Below, piece after piece: positions 51,470-59,983 of a DNA stretch of 64,000 nt. How positions within the stretch are numbered: the first letter of the stretch is position 1; the number at the start of each line of letters is the position of its first letter. The notes under the pieces are model-generated. The model was not told where the DNA came from. It did not search any database and worked only from the letters and a program-made list of their open reading frames with translations. A program made the position numbers and the translations under genes. Origin of the DNA: Gammaproteobacteria bacterium. Its GTDB lineage: Bacteria > Pseudomonadota > Gammaproteobacteria > Eutrophobiales > Eutrophobiaceae. The DNA is taken from assembly GCA_965200295.1 (NCBI GenBank), contig OZ241347.1:3006093-3070092 (forward strand), written 5' to 3'.

Positions 51470-53707
51470 CTACCGGCCACCGCCAGCGCCACCGTTATCA
51501 GTATTACTGGAAAAATAAGGATTAAACCCACTTACGTCCTCCCTTTGTTGCTCGCCGGTGTCCATCGGGGGTGTCGGGGTATAATGCGCCGGCGGCGGGC
51601 CGCCGTTGGCCTTGCGGGCTAAGGCCTGGGCCACGGTTTCGACCTTGACGGCGGCGGCGATGCCGTCTTTTCGCTTCACCATCATAGCGATTCCTGAGCT
51701 GTTCGGGGGCGGCATCATATCGGCGTGGTAATACGCGACCTTATGTTTTTGCACGTCAATTTTGCGGTTCACGTCCAGATCCCGTTGGTTTATGCCTTTA
51801 CGCGGATGCACGCAGACACCGTCCACGATCTCCAGGTCCAGCCACCATTTCTTGGCAGGATTGCGCACGCCATGGCCCAGCATGTCATCGAGTTTTACTG
51901 CGATCGGCACCAGTAATGGCTTGAGCCAGAAGGCGTTGACGCCACACCAGCTTGCCGCCTGTGCGGCAATGGGGCCGTCCCAGCTGATGACCTTGTTCAA
52001 CGGACAGGTCTTCATGCAGCGACCGCAGGCCAGCCCGCGCTGGTTGGTCAGGCGGTAGCGGGTACAGCGCTCGACATCCGGCTTCCAGATCTCGTAACCG
52101 TTAAACATCACCTTGTCGCCGAAGGGGATGGCGTCGCAGGGGCATTCCCTGGCGCACTTGAGGCAGTTGGAGCAGAAATACTGCAACCCGAAATCAACGG
52201 GCTTATCGGGCGTCAGCGGCAGGTCGGTGGTCATGACCACGGTCTTGAAACGCGGGCCGATAAACGGGTTCAGCACCAGCTCGCCGATACGGCTGAGCTC
52301 GCCCAGTCCGGCCCACATCACCAGGGGAATGTGCAGTACGTGAGAATCCGCATTGGTCTGCGGCCGGGCAGGATAGCCCATGGCGCGGATGTGCTCAGCC
52401 ATGATGCCGGCGATCAAGGCGCCGCGCATGTAGGCGCGCATGGACTGCGCCCCGGAAATGAAATCGTCGCCCGAAGCCCCTTCCATGGTGTCATAGCCCT
52501 GGTCGATCAGGCAGACGACCGCATATTTGTGGTACGGCTTGATCTCGGAACCGTCTTCCTTGTGTGAATACCAGGCGTAGTCAGGTATCTCGCAGATCCC
52601 CGTTATCTCCGACCCCAAGGCATACGACAACGACTTGAGCGCTCTGGTGTTGGCTTCGGGATCGTGCAGCTGCGGGTCTTTTGTTTCTGCAACAGGGCCG
52701 TCCTGGTGCGGCACCATGCCGCTGATCTGCTTCAGCATGGCTGCGGCAAACGGGTGTTTGAAGGAAAACCGCTGGCGTTCCACCTGGGCTTTCTTATCCA
52801 GGTCGCCATGGATGGCTCGTTCAAAGAAGCCTGCCCGTTTCGGCACCCGCGGCACTTCATCATCCAGTATCAGCGTCGTCGGCCGCTCCACGCGCCGCAC
52901 CTGTTCCATCGGGTAATTGCTGAGATGAGTCTGGCGCTGCGCCCGGCGCCAGCGCTCCAGACCGGATGTGGCGCCGCCGATACCCAGCCAGTAGGCCAGA
53001 TTCCTGCCGTTTTTTGCTTTGCGCGCCAGTGGTTTATCCGGTGCCAGCGCGTAATCTGTGGTCACCACCGCGACCGCATAGCCGGTTCCCAGGTAGGGGT
53101 TGACGACCTGTCCGTTATCCCGGACTCCCAGGCCCGCCAATACGGTCAGGCGGTCGATATCGGCTTGATCGTTGCGGTCGTCATAAGCGGTCGCGTTGAA
53201 CCCCATTGCCCGGATGTGGTTGGCTATGCCCACCGCCACTTCGAAGGCGCGCATTTGCGCGGTGGCGTGGATGGAGCCGTCCAGCCAGCTTCGAGCCAGA
53301 TTGTCCGCTTCCGGCAAGCGGCTGTATTCGGCCAGCACGACGATGCCATGAGTATGATCTTCCGGACTCGCGTGCCGATACCAGCACGATGCAGACAACT
53401 CACATATCCCGATCTGCCCGGCATCGAGAAAATAGCCGGCGCCCTTGATGTCTATCGAACGCCGTTCCAGGTCATCAGGCACCGGCGCCCTGACCGGCGC
53501 CACCGGGCCGTTACAGAATTGCTTGAAAATGGCGTGGTATTTCTCCAGCGCACCGGCGTAGCCTGAGGGCGCGCCATTGCCGGACACAGGGCTGGTATTT
53601 TGTCCCCGCGAGCGTTCATATTCAATGACCTGAGCTGCGCGAGGCAAGCTCTCCAAGGGATAAAACCCGTAGTGGAAGGGGCGATTCTTGTTGGAGAGGA
53701 AGATCAT
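51470..53707 (-). CDS. RdhA/QueG-family protein (reductive dehalogenase-like) with a C-terminal double [4Fe-4S] motif. Start moved to MIFLSNK (53707)
   Basis: C-terminal 'CSNCLKCARECP' (CxxCxxCxxxCP) and 'C(x12)CGRCMKTCP', the pattern characteristic of RdhA/QueG. RBS GGAGG lies 7 nt upstream of the ATG at 53707. No Tat signal. Confidence 0.45.
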   Translation of the reverse strand: MIFLSNKNRPFHYGFYPLESLPRAAQVIEYERSRGQNTSPVSGNGAPSGYAGALEKYHAIFKQFCNGPVAPVRAPVPDDLERRSIDIKGAGYFLDAGQIGICELSASCWYRHASPEDHTHGIVVLAEYSRLPEADNLARSWLDGSIHATAQMRAFEVAVGIANHIRAMGFNATAYDDRNDQADIDRLTVLAGLGVRDNGQVVNPYLGTGYAVAVVTTDYALAPDKPLARKAKNGRNLAYWLGIGGATSGLERWRRAQRQTHLSNYPMEQVRRVERPTTLILDDEVPRVPKRAGFFERAIHGDLDKKAQVERQRFSFKHPFAAAMLKQISGMVPHQDGPVAETKDPQLHDPEANTRALKSLSYALGSEITGICEIPDYAWYSHKEDGSEIKPYHKYAVVCLIDQGYDTMEGASGDDFISGAQSMRAYMRGALIAGIMAEHIRAMGYPARPQTNADSHVLHIPLVMWAGLGELSRIGELVLNPFIGPRFKTVVMTTDLPLTPDKPVDFGLQYFCSNCLKCARECPCDAIPFGDKVMFNGYEIWKPDVERCTRYRLTNQRGLACGRCMKTCPLNKVISWDGPIAAQAASWCGVNAFWLKPLLVPIAVKLDDMLGHGVRNPAKKWWLDLEIVDGVCVHPRKGINQRDLDVNRKIDVQKHKVAYYHADMMPPPNSSGIAMMVKRKDGIAAAVKVETVAQALARKANGGPPPAHYTPTPPMDTGEQQREDVSGFNPYFSSNTDNGGAGGGR

Positions 53708-53943
53708 CGTATTGCCTCCGGATGCTGCTGTCGCAGGACTATACCACAAACTGCTTTGGGCTGAGGGTGGTTACCGATCTGGTCCCCCAAATTTCCAAAT
53801 GTCTCCCTTTATTATGACAAAAAGCATGATTTTGCCCTGCGGTTATAGGGGGAAATCCCTCTATTACCGTTATGGATTCAAATCTATTATTTGGATCGAT
53901 TGTATCGGGGCGCCTCTGACTTTTAGACGCTCTTAAAGTTTGG

Positions 53944-54010
53944 GTAACCTCTAAAAATGCCCTCCGTGGCATTTTTGAGACGGAAATGAAAAAGTATGAT
54001 TTTTCATTCA
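53944..54010. repeat. Partial copy of the composite palindromic repeat
   Basis: 'ggtaacctctaaaaatgccctccgtggcatttttgagacggaaatgaaaaagtatgatttttcattc'. Confidence 0.7.
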
Positions 54011-54074
54011 GGGCAGTCGTGAGTTGGTTCAGCCTTACACCTTCATTTTCTGTACATTTAGCGCAGTGTACGGG

Positions 54075-55652
54075 TTAGTGGCTTGTCGCTGCCGACGCGC
54101 CGATACCCAGTTCCGAGCGCATATATTGTTCGTCAAACGCCGCTCTTTCCCCGTCCGCCCTGGCGCTGTGATCGGTCCTTGAGAACAGCCAGGCCGCGAG
54201 GAACGCCAGCGGCGCCGAGACTACAGTGGGATAGACATAAGGGAACAACGGTTGGTCCATGCCGATCACGTCCACCCAGACTTGCGGGCCCAGGATAATC
54301 AGGCTGACGGACGCTGCCAGCCCGGTCAGACAGCCGTAAATGGCGCCGCGGGTCGTGAGCCCGCGCCAGTACATGGACAGCAGTAATATCGGCGCATTGG
54401 CGCTACCGGCCACCGCCAGCGCCATATTGGTGATAAAAATGACATTCAAGCCCTCGAACGCAATACCGAACAGGATCGCCAGTATGCCAATAATGATGAC
54501 TGCACAACGGGACACCAACAGTTCGGATCGTTCCGAGGCCCGGCCTTGTTTAATCGACTTCGCATACAGATCATGAGCGATGGTGGCGGCTGCAGAGATG
54601 GTCAGGCCCGAGACGACGGCCAGGATGGTAGCGAACGTCACCGCGGAAACAAAACCCAGCAGCACATCGCCTCCCAGAAAATGAGAAACATGCAGCACCA
54701 CCATATTGCGCCCGCCGACCAGCGCGCCGGCGGCGTCCTGGTAATCCACGTTAAACATAATCAGCGACACCGCGCCAAAGCCGATGACGATCATCAGCAA
54801 GTTAAAGTAGCCGATGATAGATACAGCATAAAATGTTGACTTCCTTGCTGTTTTAGCATCTTTAACTGTGAACATCCGCATCAGTACGTGCGGTAGCCCC
54901 AGGAATCCCAGCAGGCAGGTCAGCCCCAGGGAGATCACCGACACCGGATCGGTGAGCCAGCCTCCCGGCGCCATCAGCTCTGCGCCTTTGGGGTGCACGG
55001 CGATCGCACCCTGAAACACCTGCCCTAAGTCGAAACCGAAATGTTGCAGCATCAGCACGGTGATGATGGTGCCGCCCACCACCAGCAGGAAGGCCTTGAT
55101 GATCTGCACCCAGGTAGTCGCCAGCATCCCCCCAAAAGTGACGTACAGGATCATCAACGCGCTCACACAGGTAACCGCCAGAACATAGTCAATGCCGAAC
55201 AGCAGCTGGATCAATTTACCCGCGCCCACCAGTTGCGAGATAAGGTAAAACACCGCAGTAGCCAGCGAACCCAGGGCTGCGACCAGGGTCACGGGGCGTT
55301 CCGCCAGGCGCACAGATACCACGTCGATAAAGGTGTAACGCCCCAGGTTGCGCAAACGCTCAGAGACCAACAACAGGATAATCGGCCAACTGGCAACGGC
55401 GCCGGCAGCCACCATCAGGCCATCCGACCCGGAGAAGTACAACAGACTGGACAGCCCTAAAAACGTGGCCGCGGACATAAAATCGCCGGAGATGGCAATA
55501 CCGTTCTGCCAGGCGGTAATCCCGCCCCCGGCGACATAAAACTGCTGGCGCGAACGCGTGCGCCGCGCCGCCCACCAGGTAATCCCCAGGGTGCTCAGGA
55601 CAAACAGGATGAAGGTGAGGATGGCGGTGATATTCGGGGTCACGACACTCAT
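54075..55652 (-). CDS. actP: Cation/acetate symporter ActP (SSS family)
   Basis: 'FYVAGGGITAWQNGIAISGDFMSAATFLGLSSLLYFSGSDGLM...WPIILLLVSERLRNLGRYTFIDVVSVRL' is collinear with E. coli ActP. 525 aa. Confidence 0.85.
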   Translation of the reverse strand: MSVVTPNITAILTFILFVLSTLGITWWAARRTRSRQQFYVAGGGITAWQNGIAISGDFMSAATFLGLSSLLYFSGSDGLMVAAGAVASWPIILLLVSERLRNLGRYTFIDVVSVRLAERPVTLVAALGSLATAVFYLISQLVGAGKLIQLLFGIDYVLAVTCVSALMILYVTFGGMLATTWVQIIKAFLLVVGGTIITVLMLQHFGFDLGQVFQGAIAVHPKGAELMAPGGWLTDPVSVISLGLTCLLGFLGLPHVLMRMFTVKDAKTARKSTFYAVSIIGYFNLLMIVIGFGAVSLIMFNVDYQDAAGALVGGRNMVVLHVSHFLGGDVLLGFVSAVTFATILAVVSGLTISAAATIAHDLYAKSIKQGRASERSELLVSRCAVIIIGILAILFGIAFEGLNVIFITNMALAVAGSANAPILLLSMYWRGLTTRGAIYGCLTGLAASVSLIILGPQVWVDVIGMDQPLFPYVYPTVVSAPLAFLAAWLFSRTDHSARADGERAAFDEQYMRSELGIGASAATSH

Positions 55653-56056
55653 TCTCCGTCACGCCGGTCCTGAGACCCGGCAGCCGCAGCACTGTCCTCC
55701 GGGCGCTCCTTTGCTGCGCTGACTTCCGGCTTGCCCTCGAATTGCGCATCGAGCAAACTCACTATCCGCTCACGCTCAGGGTCAAAATACCTGCCGGTCC
55801 ACCAGATATAAAACGCAGACATCAACACACTCAGCACAATGACCAGCACGGTCAACCAGATAATGACACTGACCGCGCTCCCCTGCGGCCAGCCCCCCCC
55901 GGACCACGCCGGCAACCAGGCAATGGCGCCGAAATAAACAACAAACTGGAGTATGCCGACCAGGGTCAACAGCAACGTCACCCCCCGCCGCCGGCGCACC
56001 AGCGCCCGGTAGTCGGCGGAAGTTGACAGTTTGTGGATTTGTTCAGGTGTTTCCAT
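55649..56056 (-). CDS. yjcH: DUF485 inner-membrane protein (YjcH), partner of ActP
   Basis: Two transmembrane segments 'LTLVGILQFVVYFGAIAW' and 'IIWLTVLVIVLSVLMSAFYIWW', with 'DYRALVRRRR'. Overlaps the actP start. Confidence 0.7.
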   Translation of the reverse strand: METPEQIHKLSTSADYRALVRRRRGVTLLLTLVGILQFVVYFGAIAWLPAWSGGGWPQGSAVSVIIWLTVLVIVLSVLMSAFYIWWTGRYFDPERERIVSLLDAQFEGKPEVSAAKERPEDSAAAAGSQDRRDGE

Positions 56057-56301
56057 GTTCAGCAGCCGCCCTGTACTTGATACGATGACTGGCAAAGAAG
56101 GAGCGAGGAAACAGGAGCGGCAGCAATGTCATTAAATTGGTTATGATCAGTAGCGCTGAATCTATCAGGGTGCGGAACTCGTATCACCCACTTCATTAGA
56201 GCTGCATAGCGAGGAAACCGGGCGTCAGATAGAGCCAGAGGCCGATGGCCTCATTAAATGGGATGCTCACAACAGGAACTTGACCCGATAATTACAGATA
56301 A

Positions 56302-56487
56302 TCATTTATCGATGCCAGCGCCACCGTTATCAGTATTACTGGTTTGGTTTGCTTGTATCTGGGCAGACTGCTGAGACTCAGGAACTTGTAAAGCCGAGAA
56401 AGGAGGCTCAGAACTAGGGGGCGGGTTAGCATGAGTGAATGATCTTTCTTCAACTGTAACGTTGCGAGATTTAATGCTATCGGACAT
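56302..56487 (-). CDS. Hypothetical 61-aa ORF whose C-terminal tail ('...NQTSNTDNGGAGIDK') is shared at DNA level with the 3' end of the RdhA-like gene
   Basis: 29-nt identity 'gccagcgccaccgttatcagtattactgg' between 56310-56338 and 51472-51500. Confidence 0.3.
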   Translation of the reverse strand: MSDSIKSRNVTVEERSFTHANPPPSSEPPFSALQVPESQQSAQIQANQTSNTDNGGAGIDK

Positions 56488-56759
56488 ATTCTGCTACCTC
56501 CATATACTTTCTAAAACTGTGAACCGGTTTAGTTTACCCTACCTCAAATTATCGCTTAAAGCAAACACCGTCCCCGGCTGCCCTGCCCCCTAACCTGTGT
56601 GACCGGAGATTATGGTAAGCTGGTGGGAGTAATGGCCTGCACTATGAGAACAACACCAGTAATGAGTCAATATGACTGCATCATCGTAGGCAGCGGTATC
56701 AACGCGCTAGAGCTTGCTAAACGACGTTTACGTGATGTGCAACGTATGCGGAGTGGACT

Positions 56760-57047
56760 ATGAAAAGTAACCATACAACGCCTTCGGGCGGCAATGTCTT
56801 CGCTGATTTGAACCTGCCTGATGCGGAGAACCTGAGATTGCGTTCTGAATTAATGGTCGCAATCAGGAAATGGGTCAAAGATACCAGCCTGACCCAGGCA
56901 GAAGCGGCACAACGATTGGACACGACACAGCCGATACTGAATGATGTAATCAGAGGGCGCTATGACAGGTTTACCATTGACCGACTTGTGAATGTGTTGG
57001 ACGCAGCAGGCCTGCGTGTATCGGTATCTGTCCGTAAGGCGGCTTGA
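56760..57047 (+). CDS. XRE-family helix-turn-helix protein (HigA-like antitoxin, apparently orphan)
   Basis: 95 aa containing '...LTQAEAAQRLDTTQPILNDVIRGR...', an HTH_XRE signature. Its ATG is coupled (ATGA) to a 46-aa upstream ORF (56625..56763). Confidence 0.55.
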   Translation: MKSNHTTPSGGNVFADLNLPDAENLRLRSELMVAIRKWVKDTSLTQAEAAQRLDTTQPILNDVIRGRYDRFTIDRLVNVLDAAGLRVSVSVRKAA

Positions 57048-57242
57048 CCAGTAAGGTTTGGCATGTCTCCAAAGTATAACAGGCATCGCCGATGTGAACG
57101 GTTTAGCACAGTTATTCAGGCTGTTCCCTGATGATAGTGCCTGCTGCGTAATTTACCGCGTCTGGCGCGGCGTAGAGTAGTTGAAAACATCGAAGTTGTG
57201 AATATAATGCGACAGGTAATGTGTATATGAGGAGAGAGTCCG

Positions 57243-57497
57243 ATGAAACGTAGTTTTATGGTAAAGGCCGTTTGGGATGATGAAGCAAACGTTTTCTATT
57301 CGGAAAGTGACATTGAAGGCTTGCATATCGAAGCTGTCACTATCGCTGAATTTGAGCAAATCATGATGGAAGTGGCTCCTGACTTGATTGTTGCCAACCA
57401 TCTCAGTGCGCCTGAGATCGCCGCACACCCGCTCAAGGACCTGATACCGGCCATTTTGTGGCAGCGACCGCCAACGGAAGAGACGGTTGTAGCATAA
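57243..57497 (+). CDS. hicB: HicB-like antitoxin (DUF1902/UPF0150-type)
   Basis: 84 aa and immediately followed by a HicA gene: its TAA stop (57495-57497) abuts the hicA ATG at 57498. Confidence 0.5.
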   Translation: MKRSFMVKAVWDDEANVFYSESDIEGLHIEAVTIAEFEQIMMEVAPDLIVANHLSAPEIAAHPLKDLIPAILWQRPPTEETVVA

Positions 57498-57692
57498 TTG
57501 AGCAGTTTCTATAACACGGTTACCAGGGAAATCTCAAAACTCGGTTTCAAGTATTGGAAAAACGCAAAAGGATCTCACGAGAAGTGGAAATGCGCGCGTA
57601 CCGGCAAAATTCTGCTGGTCCCGCATAATTTGAAAAGCCGCCACACGGCAAATGCCATCTTGACAGATACGGGCAGCGCCAAGAGGCTGTGA
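57498..57692 (+). CDS. hicA: HicA-family toxin (mRNA interferase)
   Basis: 64 aa containing 'GFKYWKNAKGSHEKWKCARTGKILLVPHNLKSRHTANAILTDTG', a HicA motif. Confidence 0.7.
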   Translation: MSSFYNTVTREISKLGFKYWKNAKGSHEKWKCARTGKILLVPHNLKSRHTANAILTDTGSAKRL

Positions 57693-57719
57693 TTCTCAAG
57701 AATAAGGGTTGTTATCCTC

Positions 57720-58220
57720 ATGTCTCAACCACGCAAGGTCTCCGTGCTGTTCGTCTGCTTGGGCAACATCTGCCGCTCACCTGCGGCGGAAGGTGTCTTC
57801 CGGCGCTACGTCGAACAACAGGGCGTTGCCGATCACATTGACATCGATTCCGCCGGCGCCATCGACTACCACCGCGACAAATCCGCAGACCCGCGTATGC
57901 GTGCCGCTGCATCCCGGCGCGGTTACCCGCTGACATCCGTCGCGCGCCAGGCGCTGCCCGAAGACCTGGATCGGTTCGAGCTGATCGTGGCCATGGACCG
58001 GGACAACCTGCGCTACCTGCAAGAGCTTGCCGGCGCCCCGCAAACCCATATCAGACTGCTTGGCTCGTTCCTTCCGGAGCATCAGGGACACCCGGAACAA
58101 GCCCCCGAAGTGCCGGACCCCTACTACGGGAGCGCCCAGGGTTTTGAGAATGTGCTGGATATGATCGAGCGCGCCTGTCCCGCTCTCTGCGCCGCCTGCC
58201 GCAAGCTGCTTGGGGATTAA
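57720..58220 (+). CDS. Low-molecular-weight protein tyrosine phosphatase
   Basis: 'VLFVCLGNICRSPAAEGVFR' (CX5R P-loop) with the conserved 'DPYYG' Asp loop. Confidence 0.85.
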   Translation: MSQPRKVSVLFVCLGNICRSPAAEGVFRRYVEQQGVADHIDIDSAGAIDYHRDKSADPRMRAAASRRGYPLTSVARQALPEDLDRFELIVAMDRDNLRYLQELAGAPQTHIRLLGSFLPEHQGHPEQAPEVPDPYYGSAQGFENVLDMIERACPALCAACRKLLGD

Positions 58221-58263
58221 CACCGATCCCTGAGTGGCCTGTCAACCATTGTCAATAACTTAA

Positions 58264-58445
58264 GGCCACCTCTAAAAATTAGGGGTGGCCGTGCAGCATA
58301 GGGATATGCTGCCATTTTTAAGCACGTAAGTGCTTGAAAATGAAGGAAATGAAAAATCACACTTTTTCATTTCCGTCTCTAAAAATGCCACGGAGGGCAT
58401 TTTTAGAGGTTACCTTAAGGTAACCTCTAAAAATTAGAGGCAACC
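58264..58445. repeat. Full copy of the composite palindromic repeat in opposite orientation, with an extra terminal hairpin
   Basis: Reverse complement of the five-module unit, followed by 'ggtaacctctaaaaattagaggcaacc'. Confidence 0.8.
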
Positions 58446-58468
58446 TGTAACTACTCGCCCCCTGGTCG

Positions 58469-59947
58469 TCATTCCTGCACCCAACCCATGTCCTGTTGTT
58501 TGCAGAAACCGTCTTCTTCCAGTTTGATCAGGCCGGCCAGCAGGGAGCGGGCGGCGATCGGGTAGGCGCTTGTGGATAGGCCGGCATAGACTTCAGGCAG
58601 TAGTTCATCGACGCTGCGGGGCGTGTCGGTCAATGCTGTTTTAATTGCGTCTTCACGCTTTTGCCGGTGGCGCAGGAAGCGCCGTATCAGGCTGTGGCCG
58701 TCGCCGCGGGGCGGGCCGTGGGCGGGATACAGCACGTTGATGGGCGTGTCGAGCAACCGGTTCAGGCTATCCAGGTAGGTGTGCATGTGGCCTTCCGGCG
58801 GGTCGATGACGATGGTTGACAGCGTGGACAACATATCGCCCACGATCGCCGCATGGTAGCGGCTGTCGATGAAGCACAGGTGATCGACGGCATGGCCCGG
58901 CGTGTGCAACACCTTGAGATGCCAGTCGCCGGACCCGTCCGGGGCCGTGCCCAGCTCCAGGCGGTCGCCGTCTACCAGCGGCTCGCCTTGCAGGTAACCG
59001 GGGGCGATGCGGTGATAGGTCTGCGCGTGCGCCCGCAGCGGCAGCCGGTAACGCTGGCTCACGGCGTTGACCGCGCCGACATGATCGGGGTGGTGGTGTG
59101 TTAATAAAATGGCCTCGAACGTTGCCCCGGCATCGATCAGTGCATCCATCTTGTCGAACAGTCGTTGCTGCTCGGTCGCATCCGGCGTGGCCGGGTCGAT
59201 GACGTACAGCTTGTCCGTGCCGGCGATCAGGGTATTGGTGGTGGTCGCCGGCGGCAAGGTCGGTGTCGCCAACGGCGCCACGAAGATACCGGGGGAAAAA
59301 TAAACCGGGTGCAGGCCGCCTTGCGCCAGACGCTCGGACTCCTGCCGGCTGCGCGTCAGGAACGCATCCAGTCCGCCTGTGGTCAGCAGGCGCAACAGGA
59401 ATAATACCGGTGGCGCAATCTCCATTTCCCCCCGGTCCCAGGCGGCAACCACCTGCTGCGGCTTGACAAACCGACCCTCAACCAGTTCGTAGTTGTCGAT
59501 GCCCGGGATCTCGTCTTGCGGACAGCGTGCGCATAAGAACAAGGTGTCGAAGCGGACCGGGAAAAACGGCGGGGTAATGATGCGGAACAACGGCGTGAGC
59601 AGTGGTAGGTCGGCGCCATACTGCGCCAGAAAATCCTGCCATTGTTCAGGCGCCTCCTTGATCTGCCGTTGCAATGCCTGCTTGCGCTCCCGGCTGAATT
59701 CCCCGCCGAGGGTAGCGGCCAGCGCCTCCGTTTCCTCAAGCAGCTCGCGCACGGCGCAGCGTTTCAGTACCAGTTCTTCGGCATCGTCTTCGCACTGGCG
59801 ATCGAGCGGGCTGACGTTGCCGCCGGGGAACACCCAGTAACCGCCGAAGAACTTGAGCTCCGGGGCGCGCCTGACCAAGTATACCTCAGGTGCTTCGTCA
59901 GAACCTCGTATCAGGATAACGCTGGCGGCTGATTTTATTTTGGACAT
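58469..59947 (-). CDS. NUDIX hydrolase / MBL-fold metallo-hydrolase fusion protein
   Basis: N-terminal NUDIX-like 'FPGGNVSPLDRQCEDDAEELVLKRCAVRELLEETE'. C-terminal 'ILLTHHHPDHVGA...HTPGHAVDHLCF' metallo-beta-lactamase motifs. Confidence 0.65.
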   Translation of the reverse strand: MSKIKSAASVILIRGSDEAPEVYLVRRAPELKFFGGYWVFPGGNVSPLDRQCEDDAEELVLKRCAVRELLEETEALAATLGGEFSRERKQALQRQIKEAPEQWQDFLAQYGADLPLLTPLFRIITPPFFPVRFDTLFLCARCPQDEIPGIDNYELVEGRFVKPQQVVAAWDRGEMEIAPPVLFLLRLLTTGGLDAFLTRSRQESERLAQGGLHPVYFSPGIFVAPLATPTLPPATTTNTLIAGTDKLYVIDPATPDATEQQRLFDKMDALIDAGATFEAILLTHHHPDHVGAVNAVSQRYRLPLRAHAQTYHRIAPGYLQGEPLVDGDRLELGTAPDGSGDWHLKVLHTPGHAVDHLCFIDSRYHAAIVGDMLSTLSTIVIDPPEGHMHTYLDSLNRLLDTPINVLYPAHGPPRGDGHSLIRRFLRHRQKREDAIKTALTDTPRSVDELLPEVYAGLSTSAYPIAARSLLAGLIKLEEDGFCKQQDMGWVQE

Positions 59948-59983
59948 GTTGGCAGTATATCACTGCCGCGCTGTCCTCGTCGC

